A stretch of 63,192 nucleotides of DNA from a virus (IMGVR_UViG_3300049261_000006:1-63192); one strand, 5' to 3'; shown: positions 1 to 10,350, counted from the stretch's first letter. Notes: a model not told the origin generated them from the sequence alone. Program-made: numbers and translations.

Positions 1-139
1 TTATTTTCAAATTGTTAATAACTTTTCGTATTTGAATAAATTAATATATAATAAAGTTTATATTCAAATTATAAAATATATAAATAATTCAATATTTAGC
101 AAAAAGTCATTTTTCAATATTCCAAATAAGCATCTGGCA

Positions 140-326
140 GAATTTTTTATTGTAACCAAGTTTGAATGTAAAAGTGCCTCTTGGAATTTTTACTAAAAAC
201 CAAAGTTTGAATATAAGCGAAAGATGCATGCGCCGTACGCCGTAGCTATTAAGTTCAATAGAAAAACACTTTGCTACTACACTGCTAAAGTGCCTGCCGG
301 GAAATTTACTATAAACCAAAGTTTGA
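140..326 (+). repeat. Three imperfect ~27-bp direct repeats (GGAAT..TACTA.AAACCAAAGTTTGA) around a GC-rich core; candidate packaging (cos/pac) region
   Basis: Copies at ~140-165, 183-210 and 300-326; core with CGCCGTA x2 at ~230-244; lies upstream of the terminase genes. Confidence 0.4.
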
Positions 327-352
327 TCATAATCACAACGTATAGACTAAAT

Positions 353-386
353 AAAAAAAGCACCACATTGCTGTAGTGCCTTTCTA
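353..386 (-). terminator. Intrinsic terminator on the minus strand
   Basis: Minus strand reads GCACTAC-AGCAAT-GTGGTGC-TTTTTTT. Confidence 0.55.
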
Positions 387-469
387 TTTCCATGCCAGAA
401 GTGCCAGTGCTAATATAAACCACTGATTAATCTGAAAAATAAATTTTTTATAATCATATCTATTTATTA

Positions 470-477
470 TAATTTTG
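470..477 (+). promoter_or_regulatory. Bacteroidota -7 promoter box (TAATTTTG)
   Basis: Matches TAnnTTTG just upstream of ORF 485; the same box occurs at 2504-2511 (before portal) and 24525-24532. Confidence 0.5.
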
Positions 478-484
478 TTTCACT

Positions 485-718
485 ATGGGCACAATTATTG
501 AAGGTATGACTATTAAGGAGATTAAGAATGGCAATCTCTTAGTCAGGTTTCACGTTGAAGATTTGGTAGACGCGTTACAGTCTATTGAAAAAGCACCAGA
601 TGGCACAGTCACCTGTGTTGCTAATAAGCGTGAACACGTGTCTGAGAGGGGTCACACTCACTATAAGCCTGCCGTATCCACGTACAAAAAAGATAAAACT
701 AATGGCGATAAAGTATAA
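485..718 (+). CDS. Hypothetical protein
   Basis: 77-aa ORF downstream of a -7 box, overlapping the next gene. Confidence 0.6.
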   Translation: MGTIIEGMTIKEIKNGNLLVRFHVEDLVDALQSIEKAPDGTVTCVANKREHVSERGHTHYKPAVSTYKKDKTNGDKV

Positions 719-1040
719 AGACTGGGATGACTACCTAGCCAACCGGCCTGCGCCGAAGAAGTTAGGTGCCCCTAAGAAACCACCCGGTACCCCACCTACC
801 AGACAGCCGAAAAAGCTAGAAGAAGAAGAAAAGTTAGTACAGCGCCTCAAACAATTTGATGAAGCGGCCTTCCGGGCGCTCCGCATCGGGCTTGCTACCA
901 ACCAATTTGCATTCGTCAAATTATTCTTTGAATACCGGTTTGGTAAACCTACTGAGAATATCGATATGACCAGCCAGGGCGAAAAAATTGACGCGGTCCA
1001 AATCTTCAAGCTGCCCGATAATGATAGAAGCGAAAACTGA
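702..1040 (+). CDS. Putative terminase small subunit
   Basis: Immediately upstream of and overlapping TerL; Lys/Pro-rich N-terminus and FEYRFGKP..IDMTS.GEKI C-terminus typical of small-terminase-position proteins; start taken at ATG 702. Confidence 0.6.
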   Translation: MAIKYKDWDDYLANRPAPKKLGAPKKPPGTPPTRQPKKLEEEEKLVQRLKQFDEAAFRALRIGLATNQFAFVKLFFEYRFGKPTENIDMTSQGEKIDAVQIFKLPDNDRSEN

Positions 1041-2502
1041 TCTGAAGGTAATCACGCCGCAGAAGGGATACCAGATGAAAGTCTTGTCGTCGCCGGCTGA
1101 TATTGTCATTGGTGGAGCTGCCGCTGGTGTAGGTAAGACCTATTCGCTACTACTGGAATTTCTACGGCATATTGACAATAGAAATTGGGGTGGTGTGATC
1201 TTTAGGCGCACGTCGCCCCAGATTAAGAACGAAGGTGGTCTCTGGGATACTAGCCAGAACATTTATCCGTATGTGGGCGCCAAGCCGCGTGAATCGTTTT
1301 TGGAATGGCAATTCCCGACTGGTTGCAAACTCAAATTTTCTCATCTTGAACATGAAAAAAACAAACTCGACTGGCAAGGGTCACAAATCCCGTTCATCGG
1401 TTTCGACGAGCTTACACACTTCACAGAAACCATGTTCTTCTACCTCCTATCTAGAAATCGTTCGGTGTGTGGCGTCAAGCCATACGTACGTGCGACTTGC
1501 AACCCCGACCCGGATAGCTGGGTGGCCAAACTTATCGAGTGGTGGATTGACCAAGAAACCGGCTTTCCGATAAAGAAACGCGATGGTGTGATCCGTTGGT
1601 TTATGAGGTCCGGTGGTGACTACATCTGGGGTGATACCAGAGAAGAAGTAATGGAGAAAGGCTGGTATCTGATACAGCCGATGATAGAAGAATCAGGATT
1701 AAGGGCTGAGGATTTCATAAAGAGTCTTACTTTTATATCTGGTTCGATATACGATAATAAGGCATTGCTGAGTGTAGACCCTGGCTATTTAGCCAATTTG
1801 AACGCACAAGATGAGCAGTCTAAGCAACAACTATTACACGGCAATTGGAAGATAGTACTGAACGAAAATGACATCTACGATTACGCCTGGTTCGTAGGTA
1901 TGTTTGAGAATGTCTATGAGGTAGTACGTAAAGAACGCTATATTACGGCTGACATCGCATTGAAAGGTTCGGATAAATTTATCGTCGGCGTGTGGTATGG
2001 ATTTGAGTTGATTGACATACTTATAATGGACAAGTCTGATGGTAAAGAAATTATCGATGGTATACAGTCAATGGCCAAGCTACACAAAGTGGCAAACCAC
2101 CATATCTGCTACGACAACGACGGTGTGGGTGGCTTCATTGATGGTTTTATCGTTGACGCCGTACCGTTTGTTAATAACGCACAGGCCGAAAATAAAGAGC
2201 AGTACTACAATTTGAAAACACAGTGCTACTACAAAAGTGGCGACCGGGTTAATAAGGGTGAGTACAAGGTAAGTCACAAAGTGGCTACCACGATGTATGA
2301 TAAAGACAAAACAGTCAGGCAGCAGATGATTATTGAGCGCCGTGCTATTAAGCGCGACAAACCAGATATGGACGGTAAGCTCAGAATTATTAGTAAGGCT
2401 GAAATGAAGGTCATTGCTGGTGGTTCACCAGACGTTATGGATATGTTCATGATGCGTGAGAAATTTGAGTTAGAAGACCCGGGTGAATGGGACATATGGT
2501 AA
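1021..2502 (+). CDS. terL: Terminase large subunit
   Basis: Walker A GGAAAGVGKT, Walker B IGFDELTHF, RATCNP motif, nuclease ITADIA and SPDVMD. Confidence 0.95.
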   Translation: MIEAKTDLKVITPQKGYQMKVLSSPADIVIGGAAAGVGKTYSLLLEFLRHIDNRNWGGVIFRRTSPQIKNEGGLWDTSQNIYPYVGAKPRESFLEWQFPTGCKLKFSHLEHEKNKLDWQGSQIPFIGFDELTHFTETMFFYLLSRNRSVCGVKPYVRATCNPDPDSWVAKLIEWWIDQETGFPIKKRDGVIRWFMRSGGDYIWGDTREEVMEKGWYLIQPMIEESGLRAEDFIKSLTFISGSIYDNKALLSVDPGYLANLNAQDEQSKQQLLHGNWKIVLNENDIYDYAWFVGMFENVYEVVRKERYITADIALKGSDKFIVGVWYGFELIDILIMDKSDGKEIIDGIQSMAKLHKVANHHICYDNDGVGGFIDGFIVDAVPFVNNAQAENKEQYYNLKTQCYYKSGDRVNKGEYKVSHKVATTMYDKDKTVRQQMIIERRAIKRDKPDMDGKLRIISKAEMKVIAGGSPDVMDMFMMREKFELEDPGEWDIW

Positions 2503-2538
2503 ATAAATTTGTGCATTACAGCATTTTAAAAATCCAAA

Positions 2539-3969
2539 ATGAATTTAATTGAAAAAGCAGTAAGTTTATTACCATTTCGTAATTTGGTACCAGACCCTAC
2601 CAGCAACCAAGTAATGATGGCCATGCAAGCCGGGGCCAGGCAAGATAGTTGGTTCAAGAATATGTTAAGCAAAGCGTTCAGCAGCTACATATCCGGTGAC
2701 TGGAAAATGGATGATTATATTACTAAGGGCTATGGTGGCAATACTGCCGTGTATACCTGTGTCAATATGATTACCAACAATTGCTCCCTGCCTACATTTA
2801 AGGTGTATGACGTCAGAGACGTTAAGAAGCATCTGCAGATAAAGGCATGGACTGGTGCTTCAGCCACAGCAGAAAGCATAGTACGTGCCCAGATGCTTAA
2901 AGAGATGGTATATTCTGAGAATACGGTACACCCGATGAATATACTGCTCGATAAGCCTAACCGGTATCAAACCCAGGCGGAATTTATCCAGACGTGTGCT
3001 GGTTTTAAGCTCATAACCGGCAACCGCTTCATGTTTGTCAATAAGCTGAACGCCGGCGCCAATGAAGGTAAGCCCACTGAGTTGTATAACTTGCCGCCAC
3101 AGCACATGACCATCATCGCTGACCGGCATATGTTCTCGGTGCTGGAATACCAATTCTTAGTAAATGAACAGCGCTTCATACCAGCAGAATATATACTACA
3201 TTCCAGGTATCCTAACTACGAATTTGACCAATACGGTAGTCATCTCTGGGGCATGTCGCCATTGCGTGCCGGTCGTCGTACGGTTACCCTTAGTTCTGGT
3301 GCAGAAGACCGTAGCGTGATCCTAATGGACACTGGTGGTGCTTCTGGTCTTATCTACAAGCGTGATGCTAAGATAGAACCAGACCCGGTTAAAAAGGCGC
3401 AGATCCGACAAGAACTTAATGAGACTATCAATGGCCGTGACTCAGCTGGTACGATCGCTATGGCCAATGGCGATATGGGATATATCAAGTTTGGCATGAC
3501 GGCCGCAGATTTGTCGCTTATTGAGTTAGAGAAATTCGCGAATGAAAAAATCGCAGGTCTGTACCGTATACCACCTGGATTACTACAAGCCTCGGCCAAT
3601 GCGACTGACAATAATATTGCGGCCTGGAACAAGCAGGTAATTACCAGGGCTGTTATCCCAGAACTTAACTCGATCCGCGAGGATTTGAACATGGTAGCCA
3701 AGATGTATGGCGATAACATATACATCGACTATGACCTATCAGTATTTCCAGAACTACAAGAAGATATGGCTGCTATCGCTACCAGGCTGGCCAACATGCC
3801 ATATTACACCTACAATGAAAAACGTGTCATGACCGGCGGCGATAAAGATCCAGATAATAAACTGATGGATAAATACTACGTAACTAGCAATACGATACCA
3901 CTGGAAATGGCTGGTACTGAGCAAATTCGTAGTGAGTTAGATAAATTTGACCCAGATGAGGAGAAGTGA
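2539..3969 (+). CDS. HK97-family portal protein
   Basis: AVYTCVNMI, LLDKPNRYQT, LITGN, GMSPL and IAGLYRIPP motifs; follows TerL. Confidence 0.93.
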   Translation: MNLIEKAVSLLPFRNLVPDPTSNQVMMAMQAGARQDSWFKNMLSKAFSSYISGDWKMDDYITKGYGGNTAVYTCVNMITNNCSLPTFKVYDVRDVKKHLQIKAWTGASATAESIVRAQMLKEMVYSENTVHPMNILLDKPNRYQTQAEFIQTCAGFKLITGNRFMFVNKLNAGANEGKPTELYNLPPQHMTIIADRHMFSVLEYQFLVNEQRFIPAEYILHSRYPNYEFDQYGSHLWGMSPLRAGRRTVTLSSGAEDRSVILMDTGGASGLIYKRDAKIEPDPVKKAQIRQELNETINGRDSAGTIAMANGDMGYIKFGMTAADLSLIELEKFANEKIAGLYRIPPGLLQASANATDNNIAAWNKQVITRAVIPELNSIREDLNMVAKMYGDNIYIDYDLSVFPELQEDMAAIATRLANMPYYTYNEKRVMTGGDKDPDNKLMDKYYVTSNTIPLEMAGTEQIRSELDKFDPDEEK

Positions 3970-4147
3970 TTTAGAACATGAACTGATGAAGATCGCCCGG
4001 GTAAAATATCCGATACTCCCTGGTGATTGCCCAAGGACTATATCCAGGAAAGGAAAAAACATGCTGATGTTTGTCCATTCACTAATGCCTATATTTGCTA
4101 ATCTCACTGACGCAGAAATATTCGATAAGCTAGAAAAAATTAAGTGA
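3947..4147 (+). CDS. Hypothetical protein
   Basis: ORF overlapping both neighbours. Confidence 0.5.
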   Translation: MTQMRRSDLEHELMKIARVKYPILPGDCPRTISRKGKNMLMFVHSLMPIFANLTDAEIFDKLEKIK

Positions 4148-4365
4148 TCATGAACGAATATGCAGTACAACACCTACAAAAAATTGTCAAAGACAAAAAG
4201 TTGTTTTTGAAAATAGCACAAGCTGATTTAGTTGGTGCCAAAGAAAAAGTGGCAACTGAAGAAGAAAAGATCTTGGTGCTAGAATCAGACATTAGAAAAC
4301 TAGAATATACTATTAGTCAACTTTCACCTACTACTGAGCCACTACCAGATCCAGGAAATTACTGA
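4144..4365 (+). CDS. Hypothetical coiled-coil protein
   Basis: Heptad-rich ORF coupled to the next gene. Confidence 0.55.
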   Translation: MIMNEYAVQHLQKIVKDKKLFLKIAQADLVGAKEKVATEEEKILVLESDIRKLEYTISQLSPTTEPLPDPGNY

Positions 4366-5150
4366 TGACCGAAGCACAGCGTAAATATCATGCTCGTAGG
4401 TTCGATAAGCTAATGCGGGCATTAGAAGAGAAGTATGTAGTGCAAGTATACGAGGTGCTCCGTAGGCAAATACGGCGCGTCTCGGATGAGTTAAAGTACT
4501 ACGGCATAGATTATGCCCGCCGGATGCTAGACCGTCCAGAATGGGACCAGGAAATGACTGGTGTCATACAGAAAATGTACGTGACTGCCGGTCTTCAGCG
4601 TGCTAACCAGTCCTATGATGAAATTCGGCGTATCAAGCCTACTACTAAGGCACGTACGTTTGGCTTTAATAAGGAGTGGACTGAGCGCATAATTCAGTAT
4701 TTTAGAATACATCTACTAGAATCTGTAAATAACATATCAGTTACTACCAGGAAACAAATCCTAAGTATCATTGAGCAAGGTCAGCGTAAGGGTTGGTCAG
4801 TGCAAGAAATGGTGCTTAGAATCAACGATAAACTCCGCATGAAAAACCGGGCTCAGACAATAGTACGTACTGAGTCAGTCAAAGCCGCTAACAACGGCGT
4901 ATTTTTGTCAGCTGAAGTATATGATTACGTAGTTGACAAGGAATGGATCAGCGTGAATGACCGCCGTAGACGTGCTAGCCATGCCGTGTTGGAAGGCCAG
5001 GTCCGCGAAGTGAACGAACCGTTCTCTAACGGTCTTATGTTCCCAGGTGATCCAAATGGTTCAGCAGATGAAACTATCAACTGTCGTTGCAACATAGTTT
5101 TAGTGCCACGCAGAGATGAAAATGGTGATCTCATACTAAAAAATAATTAA
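4365..5150 (+). CDS. Minor head / head morphogenesis protein (Mu gpF / SPP1 gp7-like)
   Basis: RAQTIVRTE, KEW...D.RRR.SH and MFPGDP...ETINCRC motifs. Confidence 0.9.
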   Translation: MTEAQRKYHARRFDKLMRALEEKYVVQVYEVLRRQIRRVSDELKYYGIDYARRMLDRPEWDQEMTGVIQKMYVTAGLQRANQSYDEIRRIKPTTKARTFGFNKEWTERIIQYFRIHLLESVNNISVTTRKQILSIIEQGQRKGWSVQEMVLRINDKLRMKNRAQTIVRTESVKAANNGVFLSAEVYDYVVDKEWISVNDRRRRASHAVLEGQVREVNEPFSNGLMFPGDPNGSADETINCRCNIVLVPRRDENGDLILKNN

Positions 5151-5200
5151 TTTTTGTTATTTAATTGAGAAAAAGCCATAATTTTATAAAATTATAAGCT

Positions 5201-5485
5201 ATGGAACATTATCAAGTGTTGAAGAGTATGTGGTATAAGGGCTATGTTTTCTTGTTCTCAAAAAAGGGCGGGAAAGGATTCTGGTCAAACCACAAATGTG
5301 AAAACAAGTTGAATGGTATGTTTGCTTACGCCAATGCATTTCAATCCGCCCACAACATACAATGTGCGGCCTTATACCAACTCGCGCTTAAAGAAGATGC
5401 AGACGAAGCACTGAAAGAACAACACACCGTTCAAGAAATTGATGATAGGATACAAGAGTCAAAACAAATCATTAAGAGTCTTTAG
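5201..5485 (+). CDS. Hypothetical protein in head module
   Basis: 94-aa ORF after an AT-rich spacer. Confidence 0.55.
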   Translation: MEHYQVLKSMWYKGYVFLFSKKGGKGFWSNHKCENKLNGMFAYANAFQSAHNIQCAALYQLALKEDADEALKEQHTVQEIDDRIQESKQIIKSL

Positions 5486-5501
5486 CAACCACTAAGTATC
5501 A

Positions 5502-6179
5502 ATGTACAAATGTTACAAGTCTGAAATAAAAGACCTGGACGATAAGACTGGTATTATCACTGTCGCTGCTAACGCATTCGGCAATGTTGATTCAGACGAC
5601 GACATCTCCATGGAAGGATCGTATACCAAGACGATCAAAGAAAATTTTAACCGCCTGCGTTGGTTTTATAATCACGACAAAACTATTTTGTTGGGAGTAC
5701 CGTTAGAGGCCAAAGAAATGTATCCCCATCTCCAGGTGCGCGGTCAAATCAATCTTAAAAAAGAAATCGGCCGCGATGTCTATGAAGATTACAAGCTCTA
5801 TGCTGAGCACGGGAAAACTTTGGAACATTCCGTCGGTGTCAACCCCGTCAAGAGAGACACCGTTGACAAAAGAAAGGTATTGGAATGGAAATGGTGGGAA
5901 TACTCCACGCTTAGCTCATGGGGTGCTAACGAAAATACTCCAATGCTTGATATTAAGAGCCTATCAGACGCAAGAGAAGCAATCGAGTGGTTAGAAACCA
6001 AATTGCGTAAGGGCAACTACACTGACGAAAGATTTTCCAAAATAGAACAACAGTTAACTAATTTGAAAACACTCTGCACTGAGCCGGTCATTACCACTCA
6101 GCAAGTAGAGCCGAGCAATAGTGGGCTGTTAGATGTATTTAAAAATTACACTAACAATTTAAACTCGGTCTACAAATGA
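5502..6179 (+). CDS. HK97-family prohead protease
   Basis: AFGNVDSDDDI, YNHD, EHSVG and WEYS....GAN motifs. Confidence 0.92.
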   Translation: MYKCYKSEIKDLDDKTGIITVAANAFGNVDSDDDISMEGSYTKTIKENFNRLRWFYNHDKTILLGVPLEAKEMYPHLQVRGQINLKKEIGRDVYEDYKLYAEHGKTLEHSVGVNPVKRDTVDKRKVLEWKWWEYSTLSSWGANENTPMLDIKSLSDAREAIEWLETKLRKGNYTDERFSKIEQQLTNLKTLCTEPVITTQQVEPSNSGLLDVFKNYTNNLNSVYK

Positions 6180-7432
6180 CAGCAGAAGAAAAAGCAGAAC
6201 TCCAGAAAAGTCTGGACGCACTGAAAAATGGCTTGGAGACAGCCATCACAGAAAAAGCGAAAGCAGATTTCGCAATCCAGATTAAAGCGCTGGAAGACAA
6301 ACTGAAATCCATCGACAGTATTACTGCTAAGAATACTGAGCTCGAAGGTGAAATCACTAAGCTGAAAACAGCTAATGATAAGAACCAAATCTGGATTGAC
6401 AAAAAAATTAAAGAAGAAACTGACCTGGGTCAAAACATTGCTCATAAGGATGCGAGCTTCGGTACTTTACTCGGCAAAGGATTGTCTGACAACCTGGCTA
6501 AGTTGAAAAAGTACAAAGAAGGCGATGCACGTGGTTTTGTGATTGAAATCACTAAGGCCGTGGGTGATATGAGTATGTCGAATTTGACCGGTTCTTATTT
6601 TATTGAGCCTGCCAGGGTGCCAGGTATTGTGACTGCTCCATACGAGCCGCAGCACATGCGCGACTTTTTACCGGTAGGTAATACCACATCCAACGTGATT
6701 CGTCACGTGCGCCATAACGGCGGTGAAGGTGGACCTGCCATGACTGCAATGGCCGCAGCCAAACCGCAAATGGACGTGGATCTTTCTATTGAAGATGCGC
6801 CTGTGCGTAAAATTGCGGTGTACTTCACCATTCCTGAGGAAATGATCGAAGATATTCCTTACCTGCAATCATTCCTTACCCAAATCGGTATGGAAGAACT
6901 TGCAGTTGAAGAAGATCAGCAAATTATTTATGGCGATGGTACCGGCCAGAATCTTACTGGTCTTTATACTGCGGGTACTGCATTCGCAGCAGGTACTTCT
7001 ATAGTTGCTGCTCCAAACAGGTTTGATGTATTGCGTGCTGCGCGTAAGCAAGTGCGTAACTCTAAAATTGGTGGACCATTGGTTGCAATGGTATCGCCCG
7101 ATGATTATTTCTTGATGACGTCTACCAAAGACGACAACGGTAATTACTTGTTCTTGTCTAACTATGGTGTAAACTTAGGTCAGCAAGTAGGAGTACAGAT
7201 CGTGGAGCATACTGCTATTGAGACCGGTGATTTCCTGGTATTCCAACCGCGTGCAGCTATGATTTTTGATCGTTCTGGTACTTCTATCAGGTTCTACGAT
7301 CAACATGCTGATAATGCAATCAAAAACTTAATCACAATCGTGATTGAGAAAAGGTTGGCACTGCCGATCTACCGCCCTGCGGCTATCATCAAAGGAGAGT
7401 TTGCTACTGCGATCACCGATATTACTTCTTAA
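6176..7432 (+). CDS. Major capsid protein (HK97 fold with N-terminal delta domain)
   Basis: Coiled-coil N-terminus, RKIAVYFTIPEEMIEDIP, EDQQIIYGDGTG, KDDNGNYL, IEKRLAL. Confidence 0.95.
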   Translation: MTAEEKAELQKSLDALKNGLETAITEKAKADFAIQIKALEDKLKSIDSITAKNTELEGEITKLKTANDKNQIWIDKKIKEETDLGQNIAHKDASFGTLLGKGLSDNLAKLKKYKEGDARGFVIEITKAVGDMSMSNLTGSYFIEPARVPGIVTAPYEPQHMRDFLPVGNTTSNVIRHVRHNGGEGGPAMTAMAAAKPQMDVDLSIEDAPVRKIAVYFTIPEEMIEDIPYLQSFLTQIGMEELAVEEDQQIIYGDGTGQNLTGLYTAGTAFAAGTSIVAAPNRFDVLRAARKQVRNSKIGGPLVAMVSPDDYFLMTSTKDDNGNYLFLSNYGVNLGQQVGVQIVEHTAIETGDFLVFQPRAAMIFDRSGTSIRFYDQHADNAIKNLITIVIEKRLALPIYRPAAIIKGEFATAITDITS

Positions 7433-7460
7433 TTTGGCCGTGGTCATGTATCTATAAATA

Positions 7461-7490
7461 GAGAGGGGTCGCCGCATAGGGGACTCCTCT
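7461..7490 (+). terminator. Hairpin after capsid gene (probable terminator or attenuator)
   Basis: AGAGGGGTC...GACTCCTCT stem; second stem AAAGGGAG...CTCCCTTT at ~7528-7555. Confidence 0.5.
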
Positions 7491-7571
7491 TAACTCCTAA
7501 AGCTAAGACATATAATTGTAAAATCATAAAGGGAGCGGCTAAGAACCCTCCCTTTATTCAATCTGTTAAAA

Positions 7572-7865
7572 ATGGTAACCATCAAGGCAAAACAAACTAT
7601 CAGAGGTGAATACGGCACACTTAGAAAAGGCCAGGTTGCGCAGGTTAAAAATAGTACTGCAAAAGACTTAGGCGATCTTGTAGAGATCGTTGATGAGTCG
7701 GATGTAGAAGAGCCTGAGGAATCCGGAAAAGAAACTTCTAAAGAAAAAAAATCATCTGTTAATATCAGAGAGGGTGAGTCCGTAAAAAAGGTATCCAAGG
7801 AAATGACCAAAGAGCTTGAAAAAGCAAAGGGTAAGAAAAATAAAGACGACATCAGCCTGGATTAA
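7572..7865 (+). CDS. Small head-associated protein (Lys/Glu-rich)
   Basis: Located between capsid and head-tail connector genes. Confidence 0.6.
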   Translation: MVTIKAKQTIRGEYGTLRKGQVAQVKNSTAKDLGDLVEIVDESDVEEPEESGKETSKEKKSSVNIREGESVKKVSKEMTKELEKAKGKKNKDDISLD

Positions 7866-8476
7866 TGAGCTATAATTCATCATATGGGTATCGTAACCGG
7901 CATCAGCCGGCGTATAATGCAGTGCTGGATCATCTGTTCACTGAGATAGACACCGTAGAACCGGTGACACTTACTGACGTCAAGCAGCATCTTAACATGG
8001 TGTTCGATACAGCTGGATCAGAAGAATTTACAGACGACGATTCATATCTTACGAAGCTCATCACCAGGGTTCGGGCACTTATAGAAAAGGCTACCGGATT
8101 ATCGCTAGTAGGTAAAACCGTCCAGGCCATGCTTAGGAATGAGAAGGGTGACATAGAATTGCCTTTCGGGCCGGTACGTGATGATTCGACCTACTTAGTG
8201 GTAGACAATGAAGAAGTGACCCTAGATGAGTCAGATTACAAGCTGGTCGGTCTACAGTTTAAGAAATTAAAATATCCCAGGTACGACGAGATATATGTAA
8301 CTTACCAGGTAGGTTATACCGCAGATAATATACCACACGATCTCAAACAAGCCATATTAGAAGAAATTGCGTTCAGATATGAAAATCGCGGTGCCGGTTT
8401 AGACGATGCACCTAGCTTATCGAAGTCAGTCCAAGTGCTAATTGAAAATCATGCTCGTGGCGGATGGCTAATATAA
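7865..8476 (+). CDS. Head-tail connector (HK97 gp6-like)
   Basis: EPVTLTDVKQHL, DDSYLTKLI, IP.DLKQAIL..IAFRYENRG. Confidence 0.9.
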   Translation: MSYNSSYGYRNRHQPAYNAVLDHLFTEIDTVEPVTLTDVKQHLNMVFDTAGSEEFTDDDSYLTKLITRVRALIEKATGLSLVGKTVQAMLRNEKGDIELPFGPVRDDSTYLVVDNEEVTLDESDYKLVGLQFKKLKYPRYDEIYVTYQVGYTADNIPHDLKQAILEEIAFRYENRGAGLDDAPSLSKSVQVLIENHARGGWLI

Positions 8477-8805
8477 TTACAGCAGGTAAACTTACGGATT
8501 TTTGTTCTATTGAAAATCCAGTAAAAACAGCAGATGACGCAGGTGGGCACAGCGAATTGTTTGAATATTATGTGCGTACAAAATGCCTATTTGTTAAAAA
8601 AGAAGGTTTTCGGGCTACCACCGAAGGTTATGATCGTATCATTTCAGAATACACTGCTTACATATTTTGGCGTCATGATTTTGATACCAATATAACCAAA
8701 GATTCAAGATTTGTCTGGAACAACCGTATTTTAGCGATAGTGGATTTTTCCAGGTATGAAAAGAATAAAAAGTTATTGAAATTTGTATTAGTAGAAGGAA
8801 CTTAA
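8464..8805 (+). CDS. Head closure / head-tail adaptor (SPP1 gp16-like)
   Basis: AGKL...SIENP...DDAGG motif; synteny. Confidence 0.8.
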   Translation: MANIITAGKLTDFCSIENPVKTADDAGGHSELFEYYVRTKCLFVKKEGFRATTEGYDRIISEYTAYIFWRHDFDTNITKDSRFVWNNRILAIVDFSRYEKNKKLLKFVLVEGT

Positions 8806-8806
8806 T

Positions 8807-9385
8807 ATGCCAGTACGTATCCAGGTAACCGGTATAAATGATTTGGCCAGGACTTTAAATCTCCTGCCAATTAAGATGAGATCAGGTATGAAAGCCGAGA
8901 TTCACGCTGGTGCTTTGGAAATACAGAAATTGGCAATTAAAGACGCGCCAGCAGATAATTCAGAATTGAGGCGTAAAATTGTGGTAATACCCGGAGATTT
9001 ATCACAATCCGTAGTGGTACAAGTAGATTACGCGGCATACATGGAGTGGGGTACGAAAAGCGAGTTCCGGGTAGAACAACCAGACATAGCACCTTATGCA
9101 GCTACGTTTAAAGGGCCAGGACCAAAAAGTGCAGGTAATTTTAACGAGAATATTTTAGCGTGGGTAAAACGCAAACAGATAGGAGTATTGAGACAAGGAC
9201 CAGCTACTTATAGCAGAAAAGCAGCCGGTAAAAAAGCAACAGAACAACGACAGAAAACTGCGGCATTTTTTATCGGTAAGAGCATAATACAGAATGGTGT
9301 AAAAGCTCATCCGTACTTTTTTAAGAATGTGTTCTTGGTTAGAGATAAGTTATTTGATAGGATGCTTAAACTAAAAACAAAGTGA
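8807..9385 (+). CDS. Tail completion protein (HK97 gp10-like)
   Basis: DAPAD.SELR, YAAYMEWGT and AHPYFF motifs. Confidence 0.85.
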   Translation: MPVRIQVTGINDLARTLNLLPIKMRSGMKAEIHAGALEIQKLAIKDAPADNSELRRKIVVIPGDLSQSVVVQVDYAAYMEWGTKSEFRVEQPDIAPYAATFKGPGPKSAGNFNENILAWVKRKQIGVLRQGPATYSRKAAGKKATEQRQKTAAFFIGKSIIQNGVKAHPYFFKNVFLVRDKLFDRMLKLKTK

Positions 9386-9834
9386 AAGATTACGATTTAC
9401 CACTTCGCAAAGCATATGTACAAGCACTTAGTGCGGGTTCAGGCATTGTATATGAAGGTAACACAATACCCATATTTGATTCTAAGATGGAATATAGGAT
9501 GACTGAAAATGATATTTCTATTAGAATTGCCGGAGTAGAAGGAGAAGATAAAGGAGTTAAGGCTGCGTGGATGAAAAACGCAAATATAACTATTGACATA
9601 GTGCAGCGCATGAAAAGTGCGACCCAGTTAAAGGTAGTAGATACAATTTCAGATTTGATAACACAAAAATTGTTTCCAACACCAAGAACAAACACGCTAC
9701 AAATTGAAACAGGTTTCAGACTGCAGTGTCCAAAATACCGGGCAAGCAAAATGTTTCCATTGCAAACACTACAAGAAGGTGGGTGGATGCTAGTAAAAAG
9801 TCTCGTATTTTCTAACATAATAATTCAAAATTAA
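9382..9834 (+). CDS. Putative tail terminator
   Basis: Position between gp10-like gene and tail tube; size 150 aa. Confidence 0.65.
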   Translation: MKDYDLPLRKAYVQALSAGSGIVYEGNTIPIFDSKMEYRMTENDISIRIAGVEGEDKGVKAAWMKNANITIDIVQRMKSATQLKVVDTISDLITQKLFPTPRTNTLQIETGFRLQCPKYRASKMFPLQTLQEGGWMLVKSLVFSNIIIQN

Positions 9835-10284
9835 ATGGCAACAACAGTAGACGCAACCAACGTCGTGTTTCAGTACTCTACCGTTCTTACACCTGAATCG
9901 GCGGTGTGGAAGACTGTAGTCTGCGAAACCGATAGTTCAGCCGACCACGCGGTTAACGTGCAAGAAACAAAAACGAAGTGCGGTACGTTTACCTCGGTAG
10001 ATACGCCCACCAATTCAATCACTGGTAACGGAGTAGTAAATGCAGTACCAGCATCAGACGAAGCATCTTACAAAGAACTTTTGTCTTTGCTAAATAATAA
10101 AACTGTAGTTTTGGGCCGTTATCTTAACTTGGACGATGGTGTACTCAATGATGGAGATGCTATTTTTATGCAAGGCCAGGGCCGGATCAGTTCACTCGGT
10201 TCTTCTAATACAGAAGGCGATCTACTGAAATTCAGCTACGGTTTTACATTTAATGGTGCACCGCTGCTTACACCACCGGCCTAG
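9835..10284 (+). CDS. Major tail tube protein
   Basis: Beta-rich 149 aa with TKTKCG, GQGRISSL and FSYGFTFNG pattern; synteny. Confidence 0.8.
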   Translation: MATTVDATNVVFQYSTVLTPESAVWKTVVCETDSSADHAVNVQETKTKCGTFTSVDTPTNSITGNGVVNAVPASDEASYKELLSLLNNKTVVLGRYLNLDDGVLNDGDAIFMQGQGRISSLGSSNTEGDLLKFSYGFTFNGAPLLTPPA

Positions 10285-10350
10285 TAATTACTGGCTAGTA
10301 ATAGCTATTCAACCTATGCTTTTTTAACCTTCGTTTAAATTTATATTAAG

